DNA of 64,000 nt from the NCBI GenBank assembly GCA_044869275.1, contig JBIOXB010000211.1:29242-93241 (forward strand), written 5' to 3'. Of this stretch, positions 48,976-60,071 are shown piece after piece; the first letter of the stretch is position 1; every line of letters begins with the position of its first letter. Origin of the DNA: a bacterium (GTDB lineage Bacteria > Zhuqueibacterota > Zhuqueibacteria > Zhuqueibacterales > Zhuqueibacteraceae). Position numbers and translations under genes: made by a program. The notes beneath the pieces are model-generated. The model searched no databases, was not told where the DNA came from, and saw only the letters and a program-made list of their open reading frames with translations.

Positions 48976-51900
48976 TTAGTGTCCACTGCTTTCTGATTCT
49001 ATCCCCAACTTCCTCATTCTCGACCATAACGTCGAGCGATTGATCCCGAGCAATTGCGCTGCGCCTTTGGGTCCGGCGAGCACGCCGCCGGTTTTTTCGA
49101 GCGCCTGCAAAATGTGGCGGCGCTCGGCTGCTTCCAGCGTCTCGAATGCTTCCGAAGAGGGAGGGGCGGCCGGGAAAATTCCGAGGTGCTCTTCCTGCAA
49201 GACGCTGCCTTGGCAGAGAATCACGGCGCGTTCGAGAATGTTCGCCAGCTCGCGCACGTTGCCGGGCCATTCATAACCCGTGAGCTTCTCCAGCGCTTTT
49301 TGGGTGATACTGTGGATGCGCCTGCCGAGCCGTCGTGCAAATTCGCGCACCAGGAAATTCGCGAGCAGCGGAATGTCCTCGTGGCGTTCGCGCAACGGCG
49401 GCACTTGAATGGGGAAAATATTCAGACGATAAAACAAGTCCGCGCGAAACGCGCCGCGCTGCACTTGCTCCTGCAAATTGCGATTGGTCGCCGCGATCAC
49501 GCGCACATTCACTTTTAAGGTCTGCGCGCCGCCCAAGCGTTCGAACTCCTGCTCTTGTAAAACGCGCAGCAATTTCACCTGCGTTTCCAGCGGCAGTTCG
49601 CCGGCTTCATCCAAAAAAATAGTGCCACGATGTGCGAGCTCGAAGCGGCCTTTTTTTTGTGCGGTCGCGCCTGTGAATGCGCCTTTTTCGTGGCCGAACA
49701 ACTCGCTTTCGACCAGGCCGGCGGGCAACGCCCCGCAATTGACCTTCACCATGACCTGGTCTTTGCGCGGGCTGAGATTATGAATCGAGCGCGCAATCAG
49801 CTCTTTGCCGGTGCCGGTTTCGCCGAGCAGCAGCACGGTGGTGTCGGTGATCGCCACCATATTGAGATTTTTGAACACGCGCTGCATCACCGGCGAGGCA
49901 CCGATGATCTCGCCGAAGTTATAGTCGCTCCGCAACGCTTCTTCCCGGAGATAGACGTTTTGGTTTTGCAATTGCGCCAGTTCTTCTTCGGCCTTTTTGC
50001 GCTCGTGAACGTCGCGGAGAATGATGGTGTAGAGATTCTGGTGCGCAACTTCGACGCGTGAAATCGTCGCTTCAATGGAAAACGATTCGCCGTTTTTGCG
50101 CAACGCCGTCAACCCCTCCGGGGCCCAAATGTATTGCGGCGACATCTGCGCCGCGCCGGAGTGGATATATTGCAAAAGCAGCTCGCGAAAACCCACCGAC
50201 AAGAAGGGCGCGAGTAACTTGTCTTTTACTTCGGCGGTTTGGCAACGGAAAACCTTTTCCGCCGCCTCGTTGCACATGACGACGCGCAGTTGTTCGTCAA
50301 TGGTGATGATGGCATCCATGGCCGATTCGAAAATGCGGGTGAGGCGCTCTTCGCTCGCGCGCAGGGCCTCTGCGGCTTGCTGGCGGTGCAGCGAATTGCC
50401 AATAATCTCGCTGACGACGTTCAAAAGCCGGACATCTTCTTCCCGCCAAATCTTTTCGGCTCGCACCGAATCAAAGCCGATAAAGCCCCGCATCTTGCCG
50501 TCGAAAATCACGGGCACGGTGAGCAGCGAATGAATGCCCTGTTCCTGCCAATGGATTCGTTCGAATTGCGCCTCGTCCGGTAAGTCGGCGACGCGCGGCA
50601 CGTGGAGGATTTCATGCTTGAGCATTTTGCGCGCGGCCCACGACAGCTCATGAAAGGCGAGATTCTGCAAGTTCTGAATCTGCGGATCGACACCCGCCGC
50701 GCACCATTCGTGCGTGTTCACGGCGCGCCCGCCGTCATCAAACAGCAAAAACAAATAACTGCGATCGACTCCTTCCCATTCGCCGAGCCGCTGCAGCGCG
50801 TGGTTGATGCCGCGATCGGCTTCCTCCGCTGGAAGATGGATGAAGAAGGTGGAAATCTCACTGATCAACCTTTCCACCTTGAAGCGCTCCTGCACCGTTG
50901 CTTCCGCTTGTATGCGTTGCAGCGCCTGCGCAATGATCTCGCCGACAATGTTCAACAAGCGCACGTCCTCTGCGATCCAGACTTTTTCAGATTGAACGGC
51001 GTCGAATCCCAAAAGGCCCTTCACCTTGCCGTTAAACACCATCGGCACGACCAGCAACGATTGAATCTCTTGCTCCTGCATTACCGCCTTTTCCATTTTG
51101 GCCTCGACCGGCAACTCAGCGACGCGCGGTACATAAATCGTTTCGCCGCGAAGCGCCTTGGGGAAAATCCATGGGAAATCCGCCACCATCAAATCTTGCA
51201 AGTTTTGCATCTGCGGCGTGATGCCGGGGGCGCACCATTCGTGCGTATTCCTGGCTTTGGCAAAATCGTCGGAGAACGCAAACATATAACTGCGATCCAC
51301 ACCGGCCAACTTTCCCATTCTTTGCAAGGCGTAGTTGATGCCTTCGTCGATTTGAGGCCGCGCGAGATTGAGAAAACGCGTAGAAATGTCGCCGATCATC
51401 TGTTCAATCGCCAGGCGGTCGTGCAGAGCCTCTTCCGTTCTCTTGCGCTCGGCGATCTCTTTTTTCAAACTCGCATTCGCCGCGGTAAGTTCGGCGGTTC
51501 TCTCCGCCACGTGCTGTTCAAGCTCGAGCGCGTGTTGCTCGATCTGCTCGAACAGTTTCGCCTGGCGAATGGCAATCGCCAGGCTGTTGGCCACCTCCTG
51601 GGCGATCTCAACATCTTCCTGGGAGAATCTGCCCGGGCGCTCCGAACCCAAATTGAGCGCGCCAATTAACTCCCCCTGCGCCTGGATGGGGACATTGATG
51701 AAAGAACGCACTCCTTCGGCGCGCACGCGCGCGATCGCCGGCCCATCGGGAACCGTCTCTGCGTCCTCCACCACGCGCGCCTTCCCCAGCCAGAGTTGGG
51801 CAATATCGCCGAAGGCTTCCAGAGGAAGCTCCGTGCCCACGTCCAGCTGGGTTTTGGTTTGGACATGAATCGCGATGAGAGCAGCTTTGTCAGCCATAAA

Positions 51901-52569
51901 ATCGAACACGGCCACGCTCGCTCGCAAACACGGCACCAGCTCGTAAATGTGGCGCATGGCTGCCTGCGCGATTTGCGCCGGCGAGCGCGCCGCTAATATC
52001 GCACGGTCGATTTCCTGCAAAGTTTTTAGGCGTTGGTTGTATTGGTGCAGGGCCTCATCAGCGCGTTTACGTGCGGTAATGTCGCGCTGAATGCCGAAGT
52101 GGCCGGTGATCCGGCCTTCGGCATCGTAGAAGCAAATGTAGTCCCCTTCAATCGATATCGGCGTGCCGTCGAGCTTGCGTTCGTCGGTCTCAACATGCAG
52201 GCGGCCGGCGTCGTAGAAGCGCCGCCACACTTCGCGGCCGTGCGCGAGATCGTGCTGATAAAAATCGTTCGGGGTCAAGCCCAGGAATTGTTCGCGGCTG
52301 GCGCCGTACTGCGCCAGCATGGCGTCGTTGACTTTCGTCATGCGTTTGTGCGCGAACACGTAATCCAAAACTTTTTCTTTGTCGACGGTATCGTCCCAGC
52401 GCACCGGCTCGTCGAGCATCATGAAAAAGAAGCCGTCAAGCGACTGGGAGAAAAAGAGCTCCAGCAGGTATTCGCTCTCAAAAACGGCCTCGGGTGATGG
52501 TTCGGTGCGGCGAGGGGAGAGGGGAAAATTCCCAGGGACGGGGGCCTTTTCCGCAATCAAGTTATCCAT
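48976..52569 (-). CDS. Multi-sensor (PAS-GAF-GAF-GAF-PAS) sigma-54 activator, FhlA-like AAA+ and HTH
   Basis: [47 protein letters not shown]; two similar GAF domains (NTHEWCAxG). Confidence 0.92.
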   Translation of the reverse strand: MDNLIAEKAPVPGNFPLSPRRTEPSPEAVFESEYLLELFFSQSLDGFFFMMLDEPVRWDDTVDKEKVLDYVFAHKRMTKVNDAMLAQYGASREQFLGLTPNDFYQHDLAHGREVWRRFYDAGRLHVETDERKLDGTPISIEGDYICFYDAEGRITGHFGIQRDITARKRADEALHQYNQRLKTLQEIDRAILAARSPAQIAQAAMRHIYELVPCLRASVAVFDFMADKAALIAIHVQTKTQLDVGTELPLEAFGDIAQLWLGKARVVEDAETVPDGPAIARVRAEGVRSFINVPIQAQGELIGALNLGSERPGRFSQEDVEIAQEVANSLAIAIRQAKLFEQIEQHALELEQHVAERTAELTAANASLKKEIAERKRTEEALHDRLAIEQMIGDISTRFLNLARPQIDEGINYALQRMGKLAGVDRSYMFAFSDDFAKARNTHEWCAPGITPQMQNLQDLMVADFPWIFPKALRGETIYVPRVAELPVEAKMEKAVMQEQEIQSLLVVPMVFNGKVKGLLGFDAVQSEKVWIAEDVRLLNIVGEIIAQALQRIQAEATVQERFKVERLISEISTFFIHLPAEEADRGINHALQRLGEWEGVDRSYLFLLFDDGGRAVNTHEWCAAGVDPQIQNLQNLAFHELSWAARKMLKHEILHVPRVADLPDEAQFERIHWQEQGIHSLLTVPVIFDGKMRGFIGFDSVRAEKIWREEDVRLLNVVSEIIGNSLHRQQAAEALRASEERLTRIFESAMDAIITIDEQLRVVMCNEAAEKVFRCQTAEVKDKLLAPFLSVGFRELLLQYIHSGAAQMSPQYIWAPEGLTALRKNGESFSIEATISRVEVAHQNLYTIILRDVHERKKAEEELAQLQNQNVYLREEALRSDYNFGEIIGASPVMQRVFKNLNMVAITDTTVLLLGETGTGKELIARSIHNLSPRKDQVMVKVNCGALPAGLVESELFGHEKGAFTGATAQKKGRFELAHRGTIFLDEAGELPLETQVKLLRVLQEQEFERLGGAQTLKVNVRVIAATNRNLQEQVQRGAFRADLFYRLNIFPIQVPPLRERHEDIPLLANFLVREFARRLGRRIHSITQKALEKLTGYEWPGNVRELANILERAVILCQGSVLQEEHLGIFPAAPPSSEAFETLEAAERRHILQALEKTGGVLAGPKGAAQLLGINRSTLWSRMRKLGIESESSGH

Positions 52570-52932
52570 GATTCATATTGATGGCAAATCTTTTGCAGAA
52601 AGTCAAGAACGAAGGGCGGTCGCACATGCGCTCAATTTGCTGTCCGAAGATGCGCTGGCGTGAATTTCCGGGCAGACGCTATTTCATTTTCATCGCCATA
52701 AGGGGGTTGCCTTTTCCGTTCATGCCGCTGTGTTGAAACGTTGCTTATTTGGCTAAGAAATTCGTATCATTGGCAGCCTGATGGACAGCTGGTGCTTTGT
52801 AAAGCGCGGGTGGTGGCACAGCAAGCTCATGGAAGTTTCGTTGCGCCGGAAAACGCGCATGGGGAGACAGAATTTCTACAAAATTCCGATTTAACTTGGC
52901 CTCCAAAAACAGTCTTTCCATCGTCATTGCTC

Positions 52933-53613
52933 ATGAAACTGTTGATCGTCGAAGACAATCTGCACCTCGCGCAGGATATGCAGCGCTACTTACAGGAGAG
53001 CGGTTTTGTCGCGGAGCGGGCAGCGACTTTGGCGGAGGCGAGCGAAAAACTCGCCATTTATCAATATGACCTCACGATCGTCGATCTTGGCCTGCCCGAC
53101 GGCAATGGCCTGGATTTGATTCGTGAGATCAAGGCCAAAGGCCTGGAGACCGCGGCTTTGATTTTGACGGCGAAAGACGCGGTGGCGGCGAAAGTGCAGG
53201 GCCTGGATTTGGGCGCAGATGATTACCTCACCAAGCCTTTTCACCAAGCCGAGCTGAACGCCCGTATCCGCTCGATTTTACGGCGCAACAAATTCAACCG
53301 CAACAATCTGATGCAGATCGGCGAGCTCAAGGTGGATTTGCTGGCGTCACAAGCCTTCGTTCACGACACGCCTCTGAGCCTGACGCGAAAGGAGTATGAT
53401 CTGCTGGTCTATTTCATGCAAAATCTCAATCGCATGCTGACCAAAGAAAGCATTGCCGAGCATCTCTGGGGCGACCATATCGACGAAGCGGACAGTTTCG
53501 ATTTCATTTATAATCACATCAAGAATCTCCGCAAAAAAATCACCACTGCTGGCGGCAGGAATTACATCAAGGCCATGTATGGCATGGGGTATAAATTCTC
53601 CCTGGAGCGGTAA
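52933..53613 (+). CDS. OmpR-family response regulator
   Basis: LIVEDN, DLGLPDGNG, LTAKD, GADDYLTKPF, GMGY. Confidence 0.95.
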   Translation: MKLLIVEDNLHLAQDMQRYLQESGFVAERAATLAEASEKLAIYQYDLTIVDLGLPDGNGLDLIREIKAKGLETAALILTAKDAVAAKVQGLDLGADDYLTKPFHQAELNARIRSILRRNKFNRNNLMQIGELKVDLLASQAFVHDTPLSLTRKEYDLLVYFMQNLNRMLTKESIAEHLWGDHIDEADSFDFIYNHIKNLRKKITTAGGRNYIKAMYGMGYKFSLER

Positions 53614-53639
53614 AGCGTATTATATTGGATAACCAGTCT

Positions 53640-54938
53640 ATGCCCCCCCAAGCCCGCACTTTCAAGCTGCTCTCCCAAACCACTTTCATTTATCTCATCT
53701 TCACGTTCATCGCCTTTTTCTGCAGCGCGCTGTTTCTCACGCAGGAGGCGGATAAATTCATCGAGAGAAACCTGGAGAGCCGCTTTGCCAATTCCGCCGA
53801 AAAAATCAGGCGGCATCTCGCAGCCCGAAGGCCGCTGGCCGAATTGCCCTCGAATGTGCAGGTCACGGCTCTGTCCGGGCAGCCTCCGGCCGGCGCGTAT
53901 CCGGTGCAAACCGACACGCTCATCCACAACGCCGACCAGGACGAGATGCAGCGTTTCCGGAAAAGGACCGTTTGGATTGAAGCTCACGGCCGGCATTACC
54001 AGGTGGCCATGAGCAAGAGTGTGGAAGATTTTTTGCGCTTGCGTGACGACATTTTTGCAGCGTTGATTCCAGCGTTTATCCTGCTGGCGGCCGTCATTGT
54101 GCTCTTCAACTATTTTCTGGCGGGCTATTTTTTCCGGCCATTCAACAAAATTCTGGAGGTGATGAGAACTTACAAAGTCGGCCAGAAAATCGAGGTGGAA
54201 AAAATCGCCACCAGCACGCGGGAATTTCGCAAGATGCAGGATTTGTTTCATCACATGATCGGCCGCATCGAATCCGATTACCGCAATCTCAAAGAATACA
54301 CCGAGAACATGGCGCACGAGATGCAAACGCCGCTGGCGGTGATGCGCAACAAGACCGAAAACTTGCTCGCCCATCAAGAGGTGATGCAACGCCATGCCGA
54401 GACGGTGAAAATCATCTACGACGAAACCAATCACTTGTCGAAGCTCGGCAGTACTTTGAACCTGCTCACCAAGATCGAGAACGGCGAGTTCGGCAATGCC
54501 GTCGAGGTTGCCACGCGCCCGGTGATTGAAAAGCACGTTGCCGCCATCGACGAGCTGGCGCGGCTGAAAGTGCCGGGCATCGAAACGGACCTCTCACACG
54601 AGCATCGCCTGCTCATCGACCCATTCTTGCTGGATATTGTCTTGAAAAATCTGTTGCGCAACGCCGTCAGTTACGGTGCGCCACAGGGGCCGATCCGCCT
54701 GCGCACCACGGCAGAGAGTTTTTCCATCAGCAATTACGGCCCGCCGCTGGAGATGGCGCCGGAAAGACTGTTTGAGCGCTTTTACCGTAATCATCACAAG
54801 AACTCCTCTCTGGGGCTGGGGCTGTCGCTGGTCAAAAAAATCTGCGAACTGAACGATCTGCGCATAGATTACCGGTATCAGGACGGCCAGCATCTCTTCC
54901 AGGTGAAAAAAACCAGTGGCGCTTTACGGCGGCTGTGA
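53640..54938 (+). CDS. Sensor histidine kinase
   Basis: Two TM helices; H-box AHEMQTPL, N-box NLLRNA, FERFY, GLGLSLV. Confidence 0.93.
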   Translation: MPPQARTFKLLSQTTFIYLIFTFIAFFCSALFLTQEADKFIERNLESRFANSAEKIRRHLAARRPLAELPSNVQVTALSGQPPAGAYPVQTDTLIHNADQDEMQRFRKRTVWIEAHGRHYQVAMSKSVEDFLRLRDDIFAALIPAFILLAAVIVLFNYFLAGYFFRPFNKILEVMRTYKVGQKIEVEKIATSTREFRKMQDLFHHMIGRIESDYRNLKEYTENMAHEMQTPLAVMRNKTENLLAHQEVMQRHAETVKIIYDETNHLSKLGSTLNLLTKIENGEFGNAVEVATRPVIEKHVAAIDELARLKVPGIETDLSHEHRLLIDPFLLDIVLKNLLRNAVSYGAPQGPIRLRTTAESFSISNYGPPLEMAPERLFERFYRNHHKNSSLGLGLSLVKKICELNDLRIDYRYQDGQHLFQVKKTSGALRRL

Positions 54939-55030
54939 CGCTGGCGCACGGCCATAATTTCGTTTTTACGGATGATTGCCATACCGTTGCTTTCAACTTC
55001 TCGCACGACCACCACAGGAGCGCAAAAATA

Positions 55031-57439
55031 ATGAGGAAAATCACGCCCTTGAAATTCCTGGTGCTATTCTCGCTGGCGGGGATGGCCTTCTCACAAGAGC
55101 ATCGGGGGGCGGTGACGGGCAGAATCATGGACGCGGCCACGCAAAAGCCGGTCGAATACGCCAACGTCATTTTATTCAGCCAAAAAGATAGCGCGCTGGT
55201 CACGGGCACGACTTCACGAGAAAACGGCAGCTTTAGAATCGACAAAATTCCGGCGGGGGATTATTACGTCAATATTCAATTCATCGGTTACCAGACGAAG
55301 CGCTTCGACAAGATCACGATCGCACCGGAGAAACTCGAGTTTGATTTGGGAAAAATTCTGCTGCAGCAAATCACGCTGCAGGTGGAAGCCGTCGAAGTGC
55401 AAGCCGATCTCATGGCGATGACGTATCTCATCGACAAGAAGGTCATCAACGTCAGCCAGCAGCAAACGGCGGTCTCGGGCACGGCGGTGGATGTGCTTGA
55501 AAACGTTCCCTCGGTGACGGTCGATATCGAAGGCAATGTCAGCCTGCGCGGCAGCGGCAATTTTACTCTGTTGGTGGACGGGCGGCCTTCGGTGCTGGAG
55601 CCGAACGAGGCGTTGCAGCAAATTCCTGCGAGCACGATCGAGAATATCGAGCTCGTCACCAACCCCTCGGCGAAGCACGATCCGCAAGGCGCAGCGGGCA
55701 TTATCAATATCGTGCTCAAAAGAGACCGGCGCGAAGGCCGCAGCGGCGTCATCAATCTCAACGCCGGCATCGGCGATAAATATGCCGGCGACTTGCTATA
55801 CGACTACAAGAATGGGAATTACCAAGCCACGCTGGGCGCGGACTACAATCACCGCATCTTCACCGGCGATACTCGCGAGATCAGTCAAACGACGCTCGAC
55901 GGCCTCACTGCTAACGTTCAATCCCAGGGCGATTCCCGCCGCAAAGACGTGGCGCTCGGTGCGCGAGGCGAGTTCAGGCTGGAGCTGGGCCGCAAAGACA
56001 ATTTGAGCTTTGGCGGGCGTTATGGCGCACGCGATTCGCAAAGAGGCGCCTATCAGAATTATGCCGAATGGTCCGGGACGTCACCGGAGCCATCATTGTA
56101 TGTCAGCACGACCGACCGTTTCCGCGACCGCCAGTTTTATGCGGTGAATCTGTCCTTTCAGCATCGTTTCGCGCCGCAGGGACACGAGCTTTTCGCCGAG
56201 ATTTTCTTCAGCCGGCGTGAAGGCGACGAGGCCAGCACCAGCGGTCTGCGCACAAACGCCGGCGCTCTCGTGGACGGCCGGCTCATGACAGAAACCGGGC
56301 CCTCGCGCGAGCTGCGCGCCAGGCTCGATTACACTCTGGCATTCGACAATAAGGCGAAATTCGAGGCGGGTTATCAGAGCGAGTTCGATCGCTCCGAGGA
56401 TATTACCGGAGCCCACGCATACGATCCGGCTGGGGCGGCATATGTTTTACAGCCGTCATTCAGCAACCACACGCAGTACGATGAAAACGTGCACGCGCTT
56501 TACGCCATTTATGCCGGCGAGTGGGGCCGCTGGGGATACCAGGCCGGTGTGCGCGGCGAATACACCGACCGCACCATCGCCGTGGCGGGCGTGGCGGCGC
56601 CTTTTGTGATCGGCCGCTGGGATTATTTTCCGACGCTGCATTTGTCGCATCAGTTTTCCGCCGGGCGGCAGGCCATGGCCAGCTACACGCGACGCATCGA
56701 CCGTCCCGATGGCGGCGATCTCGAGCCTTTTCCGACCTGGAGAGACGCCTACAACGTGAGCATCGGCAATCCGGCGCTGCAACCGGAATATATCGATTCA
56801 TATGAAGCCGGCTTGCAGACGCACCTCGGCCCGAGCTTGATCACCGCCGAAGCCTACTACCGCGCCACACACAATCGTATCGAGGAAGTTCGTTCCGTTT
56901 ATGCCGACAATATCACTTTGCATTCGGTGGAAAACATCGGCAAGGCCTATACACTGGGCAGCGAGCTCTCGCTGAATTTCGACCTCCACAAAAAATGGAA
57001 TGTCACGATGATGGGAAATTTTTATGAATATCGCCTTACCGGCGCATTGTTCGGCGAATCTTTGGCGCAGGAAAGCTTCAATTGGAATACGCGCCTGAGC
57101 AATGCCATCAAGTTCAACAAATCGGCGCAGATTCAGCTCGACGGCATGTACAACAGCCCTTCGGTTTCGACGCAGGGCCGGCGCGGCGGTTTTTTCACCG
57201 CCAACGCGGCATGCAAGTATGAGATCTTTGACAAGCTGCTGTCCGCAACTTTGCAGGTGCGGGATGTTTTCGGCACCGCCAAGAATGAATATATTGCACA
57301 GGGCGTGAATTTCCATACCTACAGTTATTCCACGCGCGAGGCCCCGGTGGTCATGTTGAATTTGAAATACAATTTTAACAACTACAAATCCGAGCGCAGC
57401 CGGGAGGGGGACAGGCCAAGCGAGGACGAAGATTTCTGA
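55031..57439 (+). CDS. TonB-dependent receptor (outer-membrane beta-barrel)
   Basis: Signal peptide, CarboxypepD_reg-like N-domain, plug IENIELVTNPSAK..G..GIINI, GNPALQPE, LKYNF. Confidence 0.92.
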   Translation: MRKITPLKFLVLFSLAGMAFSQEHRGAVTGRIMDAATQKPVEYANVILFSQKDSALVTGTTSRENGSFRIDKIPAGDYYVNIQFIGYQTKRFDKITIAPEKLEFDLGKILLQQITLQVEAVEVQADLMAMTYLIDKKVINVSQQQTAVSGTAVDVLENVPSVTVDIEGNVSLRGSGNFTLLVDGRPSVLEPNEALQQIPASTIENIELVTNPSAKHDPQGAAGIINIVLKRDRREGRSGVINLNAGIGDKYAGDLLYDYKNGNYQATLGADYNHRIFTGDTREISQTTLDGLTANVQSQGDSRRKDVALGARGEFRLELGRKDNLSFGGRYGARDSQRGAYQNYAEWSGTSPEPSLYVSTTDRFRDRQFYAVNLSFQHRFAPQGHELFAEIFFSRREGDEASTSGLRTNAGALVDGRLMTETGPSRELRARLDYTLAFDNKAKFEAGYQSEFDRSEDITGAHAYDPAGAAYVLQPSFSNHTQYDENVHALYAIYAGEWGRWGYQAGVRGEYTDRTIAVAGVAAPFVIGRWDYFPTLHLSHQFSAGRQAMASYTRRIDRPDGGDLEPFPTWRDAYNVSIGNPALQPEYIDSYEAGLQTHLGPSLITAEAYYRATHNRIEEVRSVYADNITLHSVENIGKAYTLGSELSLNFDLHKKWNVTMMGNFYEYRLTGALFGESLAQESFNWNTRLSNAIKFNKSAQIQLDGMYNSPSVSTQGRRGGFFTANAACKYEIFDKLLSATLQVRDVFGTAKNEYIAQGVNFHTYSYSTREAPVVMLNLKYNFNNYKSERSREGDRPSEDEDF

Positions 57440-57495
57440 TTGATAATCTTAGCAGAAATCATTATCTTCGCCAATCAAAGTGGAGGACATTGGCC

Positions 57496-58932
57496 ATGTT
57501 GTTTCGCATGCTCTACGACGACAAGCTGGCGCAGGCCAGTTATTTGATTGGCTGCCAGCGCACCGGCGAAGCGCTGGTGATCGACCCGCAGCGCGACGTC
57601 GAGCGTTATGTCGCTGCCGCACAACGCGAAGGCATGAAGATCACGGCCATCGCGGAAACGCACATCCATGCGGACTATCTTTCCGGCGCGCGCGAGCTGG
57701 CCGAGCGCACCGGCGCGCGCTTGTATCTGTCGGATGAAGGCGATGAAAACTGGAAGTACCGCTGGCTCGACAAAAAGCAAAACGGGAGCAGCTATCATCA
57801 TAAATTAGTGAGAGACGGTGACAGTTTCAAAGTCGGCAACATTGACATGCAAGTCTTGCACACGCCCGGCCACACTCCCGAGCATATCAGCTTCATGGTG
57901 ACCGATCGCGGCGGAGGTGCCAATGAACCCATGGGCATTGCCACCGGTGATTTCGTCTTCGTCGGCGACGTTGGCCGCCCCGATTTGCTTGAGACTGCCG
58001 CGGGCCACGCTGGAGCCAAGGAGCCAGCGGCGAAGATGCTGTATCAATCCCTCCAGCGTTTCAAAGATTTGCCGGAGTATTTGCAGGTATGGCCCGCACA
58101 TGGCTCGGGCAGTGCCTGCGGCAAAGCTTTGGGCGCGGTGCCGCAATCGACCATTGGCTATGAAAAACGCTTCAACGCGGCCATTGCCGAGGCCACGAAC
58201 GAAAGCCGCTTCGTGCACGCCATACTTGCGGGCCAGCCGGAGCCGCCGGGATACTTCGCGCGCATGAAGCGCGAAAATCGCGACGGCCCAGCATTGCTCG
58301 GCAAGCTGCCTTCGCCCAAACCGCTGGACGTCAATGCGCTCAAGAAATTAGCCAGCGAAAAAGCCGTCATCGTCGATACGCGTTCCTGGCCGGAGTATCT
58401 CGACAGCCACGTCGAGGGCGCGCTTTGGGCGCCGTTGTCCAATTACTTCCCCAACGCCACCGGTTCTTATCTTGAACCTGGCACGCCGTTTTACTTGATC
58501 GTCGATGAAAATCGTGTGCCGGAAGCCGTGACCGATCTCATTCGCATTGGGTTGGACGAGGTCACAGGTTACGCCACGCCTGCGACATTTGTGCAGTATC
58601 GCGCCGCGGGCGGAAGGGTAGCAAGCATCCCTTCGTTGCCTATGGTTAAATTGCAAGAGCCTGGCAGCCTCAAGGGCGCGCTGATTCTGGATGTGCGCGG
58701 CCGGGCGGAGTTCGAAGCCGGCCACGTGCGCGACGCCTTGAATATCGCCTACACGCAACTGGCAAAACGTCTGCGCGAATTGCCCAAAGATCGCCAGGTG
58801 CTCGTGCATTGCCGCACCGACAATCGCTCGGCCATCGCCGCGGCGTATTTGCAACGCCAGGGATATGGCGTCGTTCATCTCGGCGGCGGTTTCGTCGCGT
58901 GGCAGCAAAGCAATGGTGAAATCGTAAGATGA
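57496..58932 (+). CDS. Persulfide dioxygenase (MBL fold)-rhodanese fusion, CstB/Blh-like
   Basis: ETHIHADYLSG, TPGHTPEH, GDVGRPDL, PAHGSGSACG; two rhodanese domains, the last with HCRTDNRS. Confidence 0.9.
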   Translation: MLFRMLYDDKLAQASYLIGCQRTGEALVIDPQRDVERYVAAAQREGMKITAIAETHIHADYLSGARELAERTGARLYLSDEGDENWKYRWLDKKQNGSSYHHKLVRDGDSFKVGNIDMQVLHTPGHTPEHISFMVTDRGGGANEPMGIATGDFVFVGDVGRPDLLETAAGHAGAKEPAAKMLYQSLQRFKDLPEYLQVWPAHGSGSACGKALGAVPQSTIGYEKRFNAAIAEATNESRFVHAILAGQPEPPGYFARMKRENRDGPALLGKLPSPKPLDVNALKKLASEKAVIVDTRSWPEYLDSHVEGALWAPLSNYFPNATGSYLEPGTPFYLIVDENRVPEAVTDLIRIGLDEVTGYATPATFVQYRAAGGRVASIPSLPMVKLQEPGSLKGALILDVRGRAEFEAGHVRDALNIAYTQLAKRLRELPKDRQVLVHCRTDNRSAIAAAYLQRQGYGVVHLGGGFVAWQQSNGEIVR

Positions 58933-58988
58933 GTCCTGCTCAGCGCACGGTATTTGTTGATTCAGTTATTTGATATGGAGGCTTCATC

Positions 58989-59486
58989 ATGACCGAAGTC
59001 ATCGTTTGGAGCGGCTGGCTCGGGGGGCTGGCCGTTGGGCTCTACACCATCTTTCAATGGCTCGTTTCAGGCAATGCCTTGGGGGTGTCCACCGGGTTTG
59101 GCAATGTCTGCAGCCTCGTTTCGCGCGCCTCTTACTTTCACGAAGGCGAATATACTGAAGCCAACAACTGGCGCTTGTGGTTTCTCGTGGGCTTGCCGCT
59201 CGGCGGCTTGCTGGCCGCGCTCACTTCTCCCGGCGCCATTGTTGCCAGCTTTTCGCTGGGCACGATGTATGATCGTGTGCTGCCGCAGGCGTTGTGGGCC
59301 AAAGGCGCCGTATTGGCTTTAGGCGGCGTTCTGATCGGTTATGGATCGCGCATGGCCGGTGGCTGCACCAGCGGCCATGCCATCGCCGGCATGTCCATGC
59401 TCAATCCGCCCAGTGTGCTGGCTTCTGCCGGCTTTTTCGTAGGCGGCATTTTGATGGTGCAGTTTCTCTTTCGCGTGCTGCTTTAA
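58989..59486 (+). CDS. YeeE/YedE family sulfur-compound transporter subunit
   Basis: LGVSTG, GSRMAGGCTSGH. Confidence 0.88.
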   Translation: MTEVIVWSGWLGGLAVGLYTIFQWLVSGNALGVSTGFGNVCSLVSRASYFHEGEYTEANNWRLWFLVGLPLGGLLAALTSPGAIVASFSLGTMYDRVLPQALWAKGAVLALGGVLIGYGSRMAGGCTSGHAIAGMSMLNPPSVLASAGFFVGGILMVQFLFRVLL

Positions 59487-59501
59487 ATCCGGAGCCCGAT
59501 C

Positions 59502-59957
59502 ATGAAGAAATATGCCTTTTTGCTTTTCGGCGCTGCTTTCGGCTTTATCCTCAGCCGCGCCGGTGCCACGACTTACGATTTCTACGCCAAACTTTTTCTT
59601 TTCGAGAATCTTCAATTGCTTTGGGTGATTGCCACTGCGGCCGCGGTGGGTGCAATCGGCGTAGCCATTCTCAAAAAACTGCAAACGCGCGATGTTTTCA
59701 ACGGCCAGTCGATTTCATTCAAGGGCAAGCCGTATAAATCCTCTCTCGTGCCCGGCTCGCTTTTGTTCGGCATGGGGTGGGGATTGGCAGGCGCTTGCCC
59801 GGGCACGGCGTTGGCAATGATGGGCGAAGGCAAGCTCGGCGCGATCTTCACGCTGGCGGGCATTTTTCTCGGAACTTATCTCTACGGCTTGCGGCAGAGC
59901 AAAGCGCAGGGAGCCAAGCCACCGGCGATCGAACGCCAGTTTGCGGTCAAGGCCTAA
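59502..59957 (+). CDS. YeeE/YedE family sulfur-compound transporter subunit
   Basis: LFGMGWGLAGACPG. Confidence 0.88.
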   Translation: MKKYAFLLFGAAFGFILSRAGATTYDFYAKLFLFENLQLLWVIATAAAVGAIGVAILKKLQTRDVFNGQSISFKGKPYKSSLVPGSLLFGMGWGLAGACPGTALAMMGEGKLGAIFTLAGIFLGTYLYGLRQSKAQGAKPPAIERQFAVKA

Positions 59958-59978
59958 CCCGGACAAGCCGGAAACCAT

Positions 59979-60040
59979 AAACTCAAAGCACAAATTCCAA
60001 GGGGGGTTTTGAATTTTGGGCTTTGGATTTTGGATTTTTT
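59979..60040. repeat. AT-rich heptamer inverted repeat (AAATTCCAA / TTGGATTT family)
   Basis: aaactcaaagcacaaattccaa ... ttttgaattttgggctttggattttggattt; a related copy is at 18481-18521. Confidence 0.55.
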
Positions 60041-60071
60041 GCGTATTTCGCAGGTAAAATCTTCCCGCCCA

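Noticed and set aside
52868..52889. CAGAATTTCTA/CAAAATTCCGA direct repeat as an OmpR-type box
   Set aside because: Only two degenerate AT-rich units; not distinguishable from chance without comparative data.
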